Shown here: positions 1 through 8,169 of the stretch, piece after piece
Layout of the letters: each line of letters begins with the position of its first letter
Position numbering within the stretch: position 1 is the stretch's first letter
Assembly (NCBI GenBank): GCA_031264605.1
Contig: JAISDQ010000182.1
Coordinates: 1-16,604 of the forward strand
Direction of reading: 5' to 3'
Length of the DNA stretch: 16,604 nt
Source of the DNA: Synergistaceae bacterium
GTDB taxonomy: Bacteria; Synergistota; Synergistia; Synergistales; Synergistaceae
Notes under the pieces: generated by a model
What the model was told of the DNA's origin: nothing
What the model saw: only the letters and a program-made list of their open reading frames with translations
Databases searched by the model: none
Position numbers and translations under genes: made by a program

Positions 1-862
1 TCTGATCAAGAAAGCGGTCTCCAACGGGGTGCTCAGCTTCCAGATCAATTATCCCGCCGATTCGGTATACGAACTGGAAAATGAGTTTTATTCGCATTTC
101 GACCTTGATAAAGTGGTAATAGTCCCCACCTCCGTGGACGATATCGGCACAAGGATGAAGGATACCTGCGGGATGGTGGCCTCCGATCTGTGCAAGATCA
201 TACGGCCGAACGACATATTGGGGGTTTCGTGGGGCCTCACGATGGATCAGCTCGCCAGCACGATATCCACCGAGATGCTGATAAACAGAAAGTGCGATAA
301 GGTGGTCATGATGAACGGCTCCATAGCGAGCGAGGTGTATTCGACCAAGTCGAGCTACATCGTCGAACAGTTCGCGGACTTCTTCTCCGCCGAGGGATAC
401 CTGCTGCCGGTTCCAATGATCGTCGACAGCAAGGAGTTGGCCGACACGCTAAAGACTGATTCGCACATAAAATACGTCATGGAGTACGCCAATAACTCCC
501 GTCTAGCTGTATTCAGCATCGGAAGCGCGTCGTACGAGTCGGTTTTGCGCAAACGCGGAGCATATTCCAGAGAGGATTACGAGGATGTTTTGACAAGGGG
601 AGCGGTCGGCGATATTTTGGGGCGCTGTTTCGATATAGACGGCCGGTCGGTCGGGGGCGATATAGACGACCGAATCATAGGTATGGACATAGAGACGCTC
701 AAAACCAAGAATACCCGCATTGGGATAGGGGTCGGCGACAAGAAGGCCAGAGCCATAATAGGCGCGCTGCGCGGCGGAATGATCAGCCGCCTTTACACCG
801 ACGGCATGACGGCAAGGGAGGTAGTAAAGCTTCTCAACGCCGCGGACAATGTCGGAACGTAA
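1..862 (+). CDS. SorC/DeoR-family transcriptional regulator, sugar(-phosphate)-binding domain; 5' end (HTH) truncated by window edge
   Basis: The frame is open from base 2 (LIKKAVSNGVLSFQINY...), upstream of the GTG at 29 listed in the track. Motifs typical of the SorC/CggR/DeoR(B. subtilis) effector-binding domain are present: IVPTSVDD, GVSWG, VVMMNGS, VGDILGRCFDIDG and IGIGVGDKKARAIIGALRGG. Stop TAA at 860-862. Confidence 0.8.
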   Translation, partial: LIKKAVSNGVLSFQINYPADSVYELENEFYSHFDLDKVVIVPTSVDDIGTRMKDTCGMVASDLCKIIRPNDILGVSWGLTMDQLASTISTEMLINRKCDKVVMMNGSIASEVYSTKSSYIVEQFADFFSAEGYLLPVPMIVDSKELADTLKTDSHIKYVMEYANNSRLAVFSIGSASYESVLRKRGAYSREDYEDVLTRGAVGDILGRCFDIDGRSVGGDIDDRIIGMDIETLKTKNTRIGIGVGDKKARAIIGALRGGMISRLYTDGMTAREVVKLLNAADNVGT

Positions 863-895
863 TATACGAGCCGATTGCAATCAATTTATACGAGC
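863..895 (+). promoter_or_regulatory. Direct repeat TATACGAGC (x2, 24 bp apart) flanking palindrome ATTGCAAT, between the regulator stop and the first dehydrogenase start; candidate operator
   Basis: Seen directly: TATACGAGC at 863-871 and 887-895, ATTGCAAT at 875-882. A function as an operator is inference only. Confidence 0.25.
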
Positions 896-910
896 GAGGG
901 GATAAAAGCG

Positions 911-1972
911 ATGAAAGCGGTTATGATGTATAAACCAAAGGATCTGAGGATCGAGGATGTGCCGGTTCCGGCTCCGAAAGAAAATGAAGTGCTGGTAAAA
1001 GTCATGGGCTGCGGGGTATGCGGTTCCGACATACCAAGGATCAACAAATACGGCGCGTACTTCGCCCCCATCATACCGGGGCATGAATTCTCCGGAAAGA
1101 TTGTCGAAACCGGACATGCGGTCAAGGACTTCAAGGATGGCGACCGCGTTACCGTCCCGCCGCTCATTCCATGCTACAAATGCGAATGGTGCGGGAAAGG
1201 ACTGTACTCCCTCTGTTCCGGCTATGACTATTTCGGGTCGAGAAGGCACGGCGCGATGGCGGAGTACGTGGCCGTTCCCGAGGCCAACCTGCTGCGCTTG
1301 CAGGATAACGTAGGCTACATCGACGCCGCGACGACCGACCCCTGCGCCAATGCTCTGCACGGGCTCGCGCAGTCGAAGCTCCGGCCGGGCGAGGTTTTCC
1401 TCGCGTACGGCGCCGGCCCCATAGGGCTGTTTGCCTTGCAGGTTGCCCGCGTCCACGGCGCGTCAAAACTCATCACCGTGGACATCGGGGAGAAGAAGAC
1501 CGCGGTAGCGAAAAAGTATGGGGTGGATGTCGTCATTGACGCGTCCAAGGAGGATCCGGTCGAGGTCATAAAGAAGGAAACCGGAGGCAAGATGGCCGAC
1601 GTCGTCATCGATTTTACCGGAGCGCCCCCGGCCCAGAAAAAAGCCATAAACTGCGCCGGAAAGATGTCGAGGGTCGTCCTTCTCGGAATCTCCCACAGCG
1701 GACTCTCGCTGGACGAACACGAGGTCGACAATATCATGAGGGGACAGATATCAGTGATCGGCTCTTGGAATTCGTTCACCAAACCGTTCCCCGGGAACGA
1801 CTGGTTCGAGAGCCTGAAACTGTTCAGCGAGGGTAAAATATCGGCTGGGCATATGATAAGCCACAAGCTGCCACTGGATGAAGCGCCGGACATATTCAGG
1901 CAGATCGACGCCGGCGGCCTGTTTTTCAACAAGGTAATGTTCTTCCCGCACGGCGAGAACTTCGGCGAGTAG
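911..1972 (+). CDS. Zn-dependent alcohol/polyol dehydrogenase (MDR superfamily; sorbitol / galactitol-1-P / threonine dehydrogenase-like)
   Basis: Catalytic Zn ligands in GCGVCGSD and PGHEFSG. Structural Zn site CYKCEWCGKGLYSLC. Rossmann motif LAYGAGPIGL. ATG at 911 preceded by GAGGGG; the track's TTG at 875 is less likely. No N-terminal extension. Confidence 0.85.
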   Translation: MKAVMMYKPKDLRIEDVPVPAPKENEVLVKVMGCGVCGSDIPRINKYGAYFAPIIPGHEFSGKIVETGHAVKDFKDGDRVTVPPLIPCYKCEWCGKGLYSLCSGYDYFGSRRHGAMAEYVAVPEANLLRLQDNVGYIDAATTDPCANALHGLAQSKLRPGEVFLAYGAGPIGLFALQVARVHGASKLITVDIGEKKTAVAKKYGVDVVIDASKEDPVEVIKKETGGKMADVVIDFTGAPPAQKKAINCAGKMSRVVLLGISHSGLSLDEHEVDNIMRGQISVIGSWNSFTKPFPGNDWFESLKLFSEGKISAGHMISHKLPLDEAPDIFRQIDAGGLFFNKVMFFPHGENFGE

Positions 1973-2014
1973 ACGGATTTACACGCGTTTTGAGCGTATA
2001 TTGAGGAGAACATC

Positions 2015-3055
2015 ATGCTGGCTTGCGTATTCAAAAACGGAAAGTTTGAACTTGCCGAAAAACCTGTCCCGAAGGCCTCTTCCGACAGCGCGGTCGTAAA
2101 AATAAAGGCGACGTCCATATGTGGTACTGATTTCAGGACGTACGTCCACGGCAGCAAGAAGATACTCGAAGGCATAACCGTGGGGCACGAGCTTTGCGGC
2201 GAGATAGTCGAGATAGGAGAAAGCGTGGCCGGGTTTGCCAAAGGAGAAAGGGTTACGGTCGCGCCGGCGCTAGGCTGCGGGGAGTGCTACATGTGCAGAA
2301 AAGGGCACTCCAATATGTGCGACAATCTCAAGACTCTGGGGTATCATTTCGACGGTTCCTTCGCCGAGTACATGGAGATTCCGTCTCCGTTCTTCACGCG
2401 CGGACACGTCAATCATGTCGCGCCGTCGGTCGGCTCCGACCAGGCCGCGCTGGCGGAACCGGTGGCATGCGCCGTCAACGCGCAGGAGTTTTTGCGTATA
2501 GAAAAGGGCGACTACGTCGGAATTTTCGGTTCTGGATTCATCGGATGCAGTCACGCTGAACTTGCCGCGGCGCAGGGCGCTGAAAAGATCATAATGATAG
2601 AGCCCAACGCCGACAGGCTTGAGATTGCCAAACGGACGATCCCCGGAATATACGGGATCACCGGCGACGCCGACGTCGCGTCGTCCGTCAGGAAAATAAC
2701 GGATGGCAGGGGCGTTGACGTCGCCATCGTCGCTTGTTCCGTAGGCCCGGCTCAGACGGCCGCGATCGAGATCGCGGCAAAGCGGGGGAGAGTAAGCCTC
2801 TTCGGCGGACTTCCGGGCGAAGGCAGAGGATTTGTGGACAGCAATCTCATCCACTACAACGAACTCGGAATCTTCGGCGTACACGCTTCCACGCCGCAGC
2901 AAAACCGGCATGTCCTCGATTGGCTGGCCAGCGGCAAAATAGATACGGCGAAGTATATAGCGAAGAAATACCCTCTCGGAGATATCATGCAGGCTTTCGA
3001 CGACATAGCGAAAAAGGGCATCATGAAGGCCGTTATAGCCGACGAGGGCTATTAG
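2015..3055 (+). CDS. Zn-dependent alcohol/polyol dehydrogenase (MDR superfamily), second paralog
   Basis: Catalytic Zn ligands in SICGTD and VGHELCGE. Structural Zn site GCGECYMCRKGHSNMC. Rossmann motif IFGSGFIG. GAGGAG RBS before ATG 2015. Confidence 0.85.
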   Translation: MLACVFKNGKFELAEKPVPKASSDSAVVKIKATSICGTDFRTYVHGSKKILEGITVGHELCGEIVEIGESVAGFAKGERVTVAPALGCGECYMCRKGHSNMCDNLKTLGYHFDGSFAEYMEIPSPFFTRGHVNHVAPSVGSDQAALAEPVACAVNAQEFLRIEKGDYVGIFGSGFIGCSHAELAAAQGAEKIIMIEPNADRLEIAKRTIPGIYGITGDADVASSVRKITDGRGVDVAIVACSVGPAQTAAIEIAAKRGRVSLFGGLPGEGRGFVDSNLIHYNELGIFGVHASTPQQNRHVLDWLASGKIDTAKYIAKKYPLGDIMQAFDDIAKKGIMKAVIADEGY

Positions 3056-3106
3056 GCGGAAGCGACAGCCGGACACGGAGCGAATCGCCTGACGGTAGGT
3101 GTTATT

Positions 3107-3748
3107 ATGGACGAGGGACGCGTCAAACTCGAGGTCGAGATCAGAAACGCTGTTTTAATGGCGATATATAAAAAAACCGGTGTGAGATATGTGCCGGTCG
3201 CTGTATCGAACAGGCACGCGCATCTCTCGCGCGCGGATATGGAAGTTTTGTTCGGAGCGGGCCGCAAACTGACGCCCATGAAATCTCTCTCGCAGCCGGG
3301 GCAGTACGCCGCGAAAGAGACTCTCTCGCTGACCGGCCCGAAAGGCAGAATAGACGGAATTCGAGTCCTCGGCCCCGAGAGGGGAAGTTCGCAGGTGGAG
3401 ATATCCGTCACGGATTCGTTCAGGCTTGGCATAACGCCGCTCATCCGCATGTCCGGCGATACGGCCGGCAGTCCAGGGGGACGTGTGGAGACGAAGCTCG
3501 GCTCGGTGGAGTTGAGCGAGGGCGTGATCGTCGCGGCAAGGCACATGCACATATCTTCCGCTCAGGCGCAAATCATGGGCCTCTCCGACGGCCAGGCGGT
3601 ATCTCTCAAGTCCGCCGGCGGACGCGGGGTCGTGTTCGACAATGTGGCCGTCAGGAGCGGAGAGGGTTTCGACCTGGAGGTTCACCTCGACACCGACGAG
3701 GCCAACGCGGCGCTTTTGAGGGACGGGGATCTCCTCGAAGTAGTGTGA
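3107..3748 (+). CDS. pduL: PduL/EutD-type phosphate acyltransferase (phosphotransacylase) with N-terminal amphipathic helix (putative encapsulation peptide)
   Basis: Both PduL repeat signatures are present: VPVAVSNRHAHLS and VIVAARHMHIS. Also QPGQYAAKETL, GPKGRIDGIRVLGPER and DTDEANAA. The first ~25 aa (VKLEVEIRNAVLMAIYKK) form an amphipathic helix before the catalytic domain starts. Confidence 0.85.
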   Translation: MDEGRVKLEVEIRNAVLMAIYKKTGVRYVPVAVSNRHAHLSRADMEVLFGAGRKLTPMKSLSQPGQYAAKETLSLTGPKGRIDGIRVLGPERGSSQVEISVTDSFRLGITPLIRMSGDTAGSPGGRVETKLGSVELSEGVIVAARHMHISSAQAQIMGLSDGQAVSLKSAGGRGVVFDNVAVRSGEGFDLEVHLDTDEANAALLRDGDLLEVV

Positions 3749-4452
3749 ATATGTCTGTGCTGGGTGGGATTTTGGATATCTCGGATGAAAGACAGAGGGG
3801 CTTGCTGATCGGCAGGATCGCTCAGGAGGTATTGTCCCGGCTGAGCGCCCTCGATGCGAAGGATGAAAATGTCTCGGGTACGGTGGTGCTGATGACCTCT
3901 CATATTCCGTCGCCCGCGAGCGCGATGTCAAAATTGAGGGAGAACTTCGGCGGCGAATTGTCCTTCATCGACTTCGGGGTGAAGATTCCGTTTGGTCTCC
4001 CGAATGTCATAGACGCCGGGAAAGAGTCGGAGGGAAGTCTGACGGAGACGGTGGCTTCGGCGGCCGGGGTTGTGCTCCTGGCGCCGAAGATAGGATTGCT
4101 CGACAGCATAGCGAAGGGCGACGACAGGGATTTCATCCCGTATCTCGTGATACGCAGCATGCTGTGGGGAAGAGATGTGAGCGTGCTGCTTGATTTCGAG
4201 CCGCCGCGTTTCAGAAGGAACACGTTTTTTGAGAAACTTGCCGATACGTTCGCGATCCTTCAGGACATGGGGGTCAGACTGCTGACTTATAAATGCGCGC
4301 AAAAGGGCGCCGAGGGTCTGTGCCTCGTCACGGAGGCCGACGTCACAGAAGCCTGGAGAAGCCGCAGGACCGAGATACGCCGGGCGCCGGGCGCTATAAT
4401 TACCCCGGCGGCGAAAGACAAGGCCGGAGAACTCGGGATCAGGCTCAATTGA
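3745..4452 (+). CDS. Hypothetical BMC-associated protein, unknown function; N-terminal amphipathic helix (possible encapsulation peptide). May start at ATG 3751.
   Basis: ORF fills the gap between pduL and the BMC-P gene and overlaps the pduL stop (GTGA). Codon usage matches its neighbours. N-terminal LLIGRIAQEVLSRLSAL helix. No recognisable catalytic motifs (no P-loop, no HxH). C-terminal IITPAAKDKAGELGIRL is vaguely reminiscent of PduM-type BMC structural proteins; this is from memory only and unverified. Confidence 0.5.
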   Translation: MNMSVLGGILDISDERQRGLLIGRIAQEVLSRLSALDAKDENVSGTVVLMTSHIPSPASAMSKLRENFGGELSFIDFGVKIPFGLPNVIDAGKESEGSLTETVASAAGVVLLAPKIGLLDSIAKGDDRDFIPYLVIRSMLWGRDVSVLLDFEPPRFRRNTFFEKLADTFAILQDMGVRLLTYKCAQKGAEGLCLVTEADVTEAWRSRRTEIRRAPGAIITPAAKDKAGELGIRLN

Positions 4453-4494
4453 ATATCTGTTCTCATACCTCAAGACGCCGGACAGGAGAAGCAA

Positions 4495-4794
4495 ATGCAA
4501 TTATGCAGAGTTAAAGGCACAGTGGTTAGCACCAACAAGAGCGAAAAGCTGAACGGTTTGAAACTGCTGATCGTGAAACCCATTGACATCGAGACGTTCG
4601 AGGAAAAGGGCGGTATAGTCGTGGCGATCGACGCGGTGGGCGCCGGCGAGGGGGAGGTGGTGATGTGCGTCGGGGGGAGTTCTTCGCGCCAGACGGGCAT
4701 CACTGACGGAAAACCGGTGGATCAGTCCATCGTGGCCATCATTGATTCCGTGAATATGAACGGCAAGCGTATTTTTGAAAAATTCAAGGTATAA
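4495..4794 (+). CDS. BMC vertex (pentamer) protein, EutN/PduN/CcmL family (BMC-P), paralog 1
   Basis: MQLCRVKGTVVSTNKSEKLNGLKLLIV...VAIDAVGAGEGEVVMCVGGSSSR is a classic EutN/CcmL fold sequence of ~99 aa. GGAGAAG RBS. Confidence 0.85.
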   Translation: MQLCRVKGTVVSTNKSEKLNGLKLLIVKPIDIETFEEKGGIVVAIDAVGAGEGEVVMCVGGSSSRQTGITDGKPVDQSIVAIIDSVNMNGKRIFEKFKV

Positions 4795-4824
4795 GCACAA
4801 CTTTATAATAAAGAGGTCGAAGAG

Positions 4825-6261
4825 ATGGCGCTAAGCGAGGCACAGATCAGACAGCTTGCAAATGACGCGATTCTGGAGGTAAATGGCGCGAAACCATCGG
4901 CGCCTTCGGGAAAACCGGCGTATTCCGTGTTGCCGCCGGCATCTGGGCAGTGGCTGTGCGACGACGCAAACGAAGCGATCGCGAACGCGAAGCGGTCACA
5001 GATGATACTCGCCAGGATGCCGTTGGAGCAGCGGGGCAGGATAATATCGGCAATGAGAGAAGCCGCCGTCAGGCACGCGGAGACGCTTGCCGAACTCGCT
5101 CACAATGAGACCGGTTACGGGAGGGTAGATCACAAGGTTTTGAAGAACCGCCTGGCCGCTGCAAACACGCCTGGCATAGAGGATCTCCGCCCGATGGCGT
5201 ACAGCGGAGACAACGGACTCACCATAGTGGAGGGAGCGCCGTTCGGGGTGATAGGTTCCATAACTCCTTCGACCAATCCTACATCCACGGTCATAAACAA
5301 CTCGATAAGCATGATAGCGGCCGGCAACTCCGTGGTGTACAATCCGCATCCGTCCGCGAAGAATTCTTCCACTGAGGCGATGCGCGTCCTGAATGAAGCG
5401 GCAGCGGCTGCCGGAGGTCCGCCCGCCCTCATGACCACGGTAAAGGTTCCGACTCTGCAGAGCGGAGCTGCCATCATGAGCCACAGGGACGTCAAATTAC
5501 TTTCCATCACGGGCGGCGAGGCCGTCGTCAGCGTGGCGATGAAATCGGGCAAGAAAGTGATCGCCGCCGGGCCCGGAAATCCGCCGGTTATCGTGGACGA
5601 TACCGCCTTCATACCGCAGGCCGCTAAAGATATAGTCGACGGTGCGAGCTTCGACAACAACGTGCTCTGTGTGGCCGAGAAGGAGGTGTTCGCCTTCGAG
5701 GGTATCGCGGGAGAGCTGGTGAGCCAGATGGTACACTGCGGGGCCCACAAAGTTTCCGGAACGGACATCGATAAAATAGTCAATACGGTGTTGGAGAAGC
5801 GCGACGGCAAGTACGTCATAAACAGAAATTTCGTAGGGCGCAGCGCGACCCATATACTCGAACAGAGCGGAGTCCCTTACGTCGGGGAGCCGAGGCTGGT
5901 CATAGCCGAAGTGGACAAGTACCATCCGTTTGTGACGACTGAAATGCTGATGCCGGTGCTTCCGGTCGTCCGCGTCGGCAACATAGACGAAGCCATCGAG
6001 GAAGCGCTTCGCGCGGAACAGGGATATCAGCATTCGGCCATGATTCACTCCACGAACATACGGAATATGTCCGCCGCGGCCTACGCGCTGAACACGACGA
6101 TATTCGTGAAGAATGCGCCGTCATACAGCGGATTGGGCTTCGGGGGGGAGGGCTACGCCACTCTTACGATAGCGACTCCGACCGGGGAGGGCCTGACGAG
6201 CGCGAAGTCCTTTACCCGTGCCAGGCGATGCGTATTGAAGGGCGATTTCAGAATCGTCTGA
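4825..6261 (+). CDS. CoA-acylating aldehyde dehydrogenase (PduP/EutE family) with N-terminal encapsulation peptide and Pro/Ser-rich linker
   Basis: ITPSTNPTST motif. Catalytic Cys in FDNNVLCVAEKE. AAGPGNPP motif. ~478 aa. N-terminus SEAQIRQLANDAILEV (amphipathic) followed by NGAKPSAPSGKPAYSVLPPASGQ linker. Confidence 0.9.
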   Translation: MALSEAQIRQLANDAILEVNGAKPSAPSGKPAYSVLPPASGQWLCDDANEAIANAKRSQMILARMPLEQRGRIISAMREAAVRHAETLAELAHNETGYGRVDHKVLKNRLAAANTPGIEDLRPMAYSGDNGLTIVEGAPFGVIGSITPSTNPTSTVINNSISMIAAGNSVVYNPHPSAKNSSTEAMRVLNEAAAAAGGPPALMTTVKVPTLQSGAAIMSHRDVKLLSITGGEAVVSVAMKSGKKVIAAGPGNPPVIVDDTAFIPQAAKDIVDGASFDNNVLCVAEKEVFAFEGIAGELVSQMVHCGAHKVSGTDIDKIVNTVLEKRDGKYVINRNFVGRSATHILEQSGVPYVGEPRLVIAEVDKYHPFVTTEMLMPVLPVVRVGNIDEAIEEALRAEQGYQHSAMIHSTNIRNMSAAAYALNTTIFVKNAPSYSGLGFGGEGYATLTIATPTGEGLTSAKSFTRARRCVLKGDFRIV

Positions 6262-6268
6262 TTCGATC

Positions 6269-7576
6269 ATGAACGTAGCGGAGATGATTCGCAGCGCCGG
6301 AGTGGTGGGAGCCGGAGGCGCGGGATTCCCGACCCACGTCAAGGTAAACGCGGCTTCGCCCGAGTGCGTCATAGCCAACGGAGCGGAGTGCGAGCCTTTA
6401 TTGCGGGTGGATCAGCAAGTCATGGAGTTCCACGCCGGTTCTGTCATTGAAGGGTTGCGTCTGGTCATGAGCCATACTGACGCGCGTCGTGGCGTCATCG
6501 CCCTGAAGGATCACTACGAGGGCGCGATAACGGCTCTCCGGCGTGAGTTGTCCGGCTCGGACGACATAGGGCTTCACGTCATGAGAAGCTACTATCCCGC
6601 CGGGGACGAACAGCAGCTAGTGTACGATATCTGCGGGCGGGTCGTTCCGACAGGCGGGATTCCTCTTGATGTGGGGGCGGTGGTATTGAACGTCAGCACG
6701 CTTATGCACGTGGACGAAGGGAGCCGGAACATCCCGGTGACGGATAAATATGTGACGGTCGGCGGAGCGGTTCGCAGGCCTGTTACGGTCAAGGCCCCGA
6801 TAGGCGCGCCGATGGACGTTTTACTCGACGCCGCCGGAGGGACGACGGAGAAATGCGGTTACATAATCGGAGGGCCCTGTATGGGCAGAGTTGTCTCAGA
6901 CCTGAGCTTCCCGGTCGTGAAAACTACCGGAGGGATCATAGCGATACCGGAGGGACATCCGCTCCTTCAAAAAAAGAGCGATCGCATGAGCGTGCAGCTT
7001 ATCAAAGCCGTGTGCTGTCAGTGTTCCTTATGCACCCAGATGTGCCCCAGAAACGCGCTTGGGCTTCGCGTCGAACCTCATAAGGCTATGCGCAGCCTGG
7101 CCCAGGGAGTCGACCTGCTAAATGGGGCGAATGGCCTTTTCTCCTGCTGTGACTGCGGGATATGCACATACTACGCCTGCAATTTCGGCCTGAAACCGTC
7201 CAAGGTCATGGGACTGCTGAAGGCTGAAATGCAGAAGGCGGGAGTCAAGCCCAGGAAGGAAGTTTACTCGGCGGCCGACAGGGGGCTCGGCATGAAGAAA
7301 CTGCCCACCGCAAGGCTCATACACAGGTTGGGCATAGGGAAGTACGATGTGGCGGCTCCCATGGAGGAGCGTCCGATTTATACGGCCGTCGTCAGGATAC
7401 CCCTCAAGATGCACATAGGCGCCCCATCCAAGCCGGTTGCCTCGGTCGGACAGCGCGTAAACAGGGGCGATCTGATTGCCGATATACCGGAGGGGGCATT
7501 GGGCGCGAAAGTACACGCGAGCATCGACGGGACGGTTACCGAAGTGACCGGCGAATATATGGAGATAAAGGTGTAG
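6269..7576 (+). CDS. pduS: PduS-like Fe-S flavoprotein (RnfC/NADH-dehydrogenase 51 kDa-like domain plus two 4Fe-4S ferredoxin motifs)
   Basis: N-terminus MIRSAGVVGAGGAGFPTHVK matches the PduS/RnfC signature. Two cluster motifs: CCQCSLCTQMCP and CCDCGICTYYAC. The stop is only 4 nt upstream of the PduT-like gene. Confidence 0.8.
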   Translation: MNVAEMIRSAGVVGAGGAGFPTHVKVNAASPECVIANGAECEPLLRVDQQVMEFHAGSVIEGLRLVMSHTDARRGVIALKDHYEGAITALRRELSGSDDIGLHVMRSYYPAGDEQQLVYDICGRVVPTGGIPLDVGAVVLNVSTLMHVDEGSRNIPVTDKYVTVGGAVRRPVTVKAPIGAPMDVLLDAAGGTTEKCGYIIGGPCMGRVVSDLSFPVVKTTGGIIAIPEGHPLLQKKSDRMSVQLIKAVCCQCSLCTQMCPRNALGLRVEPHKAMRSLAQGVDLLNGANGLFSCCDCGICTYYACNFGLKPSKVMGLLKAEMQKAGVKPRKEVYSAADRGLGMKKLPTARLIHRLGIGKYDVAAPMEERPIYTAVVRIPLKMHIGAPSKPVASVGQRVNRGDLIADIPEGALGAKVHASIDGTVTEVTGEYMEIKV

Positions 7577-7579
7577 CTG

Positions 7580-8128
7580 ATGGGACAGGCGCTTGGAATG
7601 ATTGAACTCATAAGTGTTCCCGCTGGGATCGAGGCCGGCGACGCGATGCTGAAAGCCGCCGCCGTGGAATTGGTGACGGCGCAGGCGGCTTGCGCGGGCA
7701 AATACTTCGTCGCGGTCACCGGCGAGGTGGCCGCGGTGGAAGCGAGCGTCAAAGCCGGCAGGGAAGCCGCGTCCATGAAGCTGATCGACAGTCTCGTGAT
7801 ACCGAATATAGACGCGCAGGTACCCCTCGCCATCAACATGTGCAGCGATCCGGGGGAAATAGAGACGCTCGGGGCGATAGAGACGTTCTCTCTGTGCGCC
7901 GCGATAGTGGCGGCGGACTGCGCCGTGAAAGCCGCGCGGGTACGGCTCATAGAGATCAGGCTGGGCAGAGGGTTGGGCGGCAAGTCGTTCATAACTCTCA
8001 CCGGCGATGTGGCGGCGGTAAAAGCCGCGGTGAAAGCCGCCTCGGAAGTCGAAGAAGTCAGAGGCCTGATGGCGGAGAGCGTGGTAATACCTTCGCCGCA
8101 CCCCGATATGGTCAAGGCGGTATTTTGA
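7580..8128 (+). CDS. pduT: PduT-like tandem-domain shell protein (BMC-T) with conserved pore cysteine (Cys38) for a 4Fe-4S cluster
   Basis: 182 aa with two BMC domains. Aligns along its length to Salmonella PduT: MGQALGMIELISVPAGIEAGDAMLKAA, IDSLVIPNIDAQVPLAI and GAIETFSLCAAIVAADCAVKA...VIPSPHPDM. Cys at residue 38 (TGC 7691-7693) is at the position of the PduT cluster ligand. Confidence 0.8.
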   Translation: MGQALGMIELISVPAGIEAGDAMLKAAAVELVTAQAACAGKYFVAVTGEVAAVEASVKAGREAASMKLIDSLVIPNIDAQVPLAINMCSDPGEIETLGAIETFSLCAAIVAADCAVKAARVRLIEIRLGRGLGGKSFITLTGDVAAVKAAVKAASEVEEVRGLMAESVVIPSPHPDMVKAVF

Positions 8129-8169
8129 ATTTTACAGATACTTTGAATACAATATGAGGAGGACTGAAA

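Noticed and set aside
875-910. TTG start at 875 for the first dehydrogenase (MQSIYTSEGIKA...)
   Set aside because: The ATG at 911 has a proper RBS and gives the canonical MDR N-terminus (MKAVMMYKP...). The upstream segment is more likely regulatory.
1315-2241. 308-aa minus-strand ORF spanning both dehydrogenase genes
   Set aside because: Antisense to two well-supported MDR dehydrogenase genes. Ser/Pro/Thr-rich low-complexity translation typical of out-of-frame high-GC DNA. No RBS or homology signal.
3155-3931. 258-aa minus-strand ORF antisense to pduL
   Set aside because: Arg/Pro/His-rich junk translation that overlaps a gene with clear PduL motifs.
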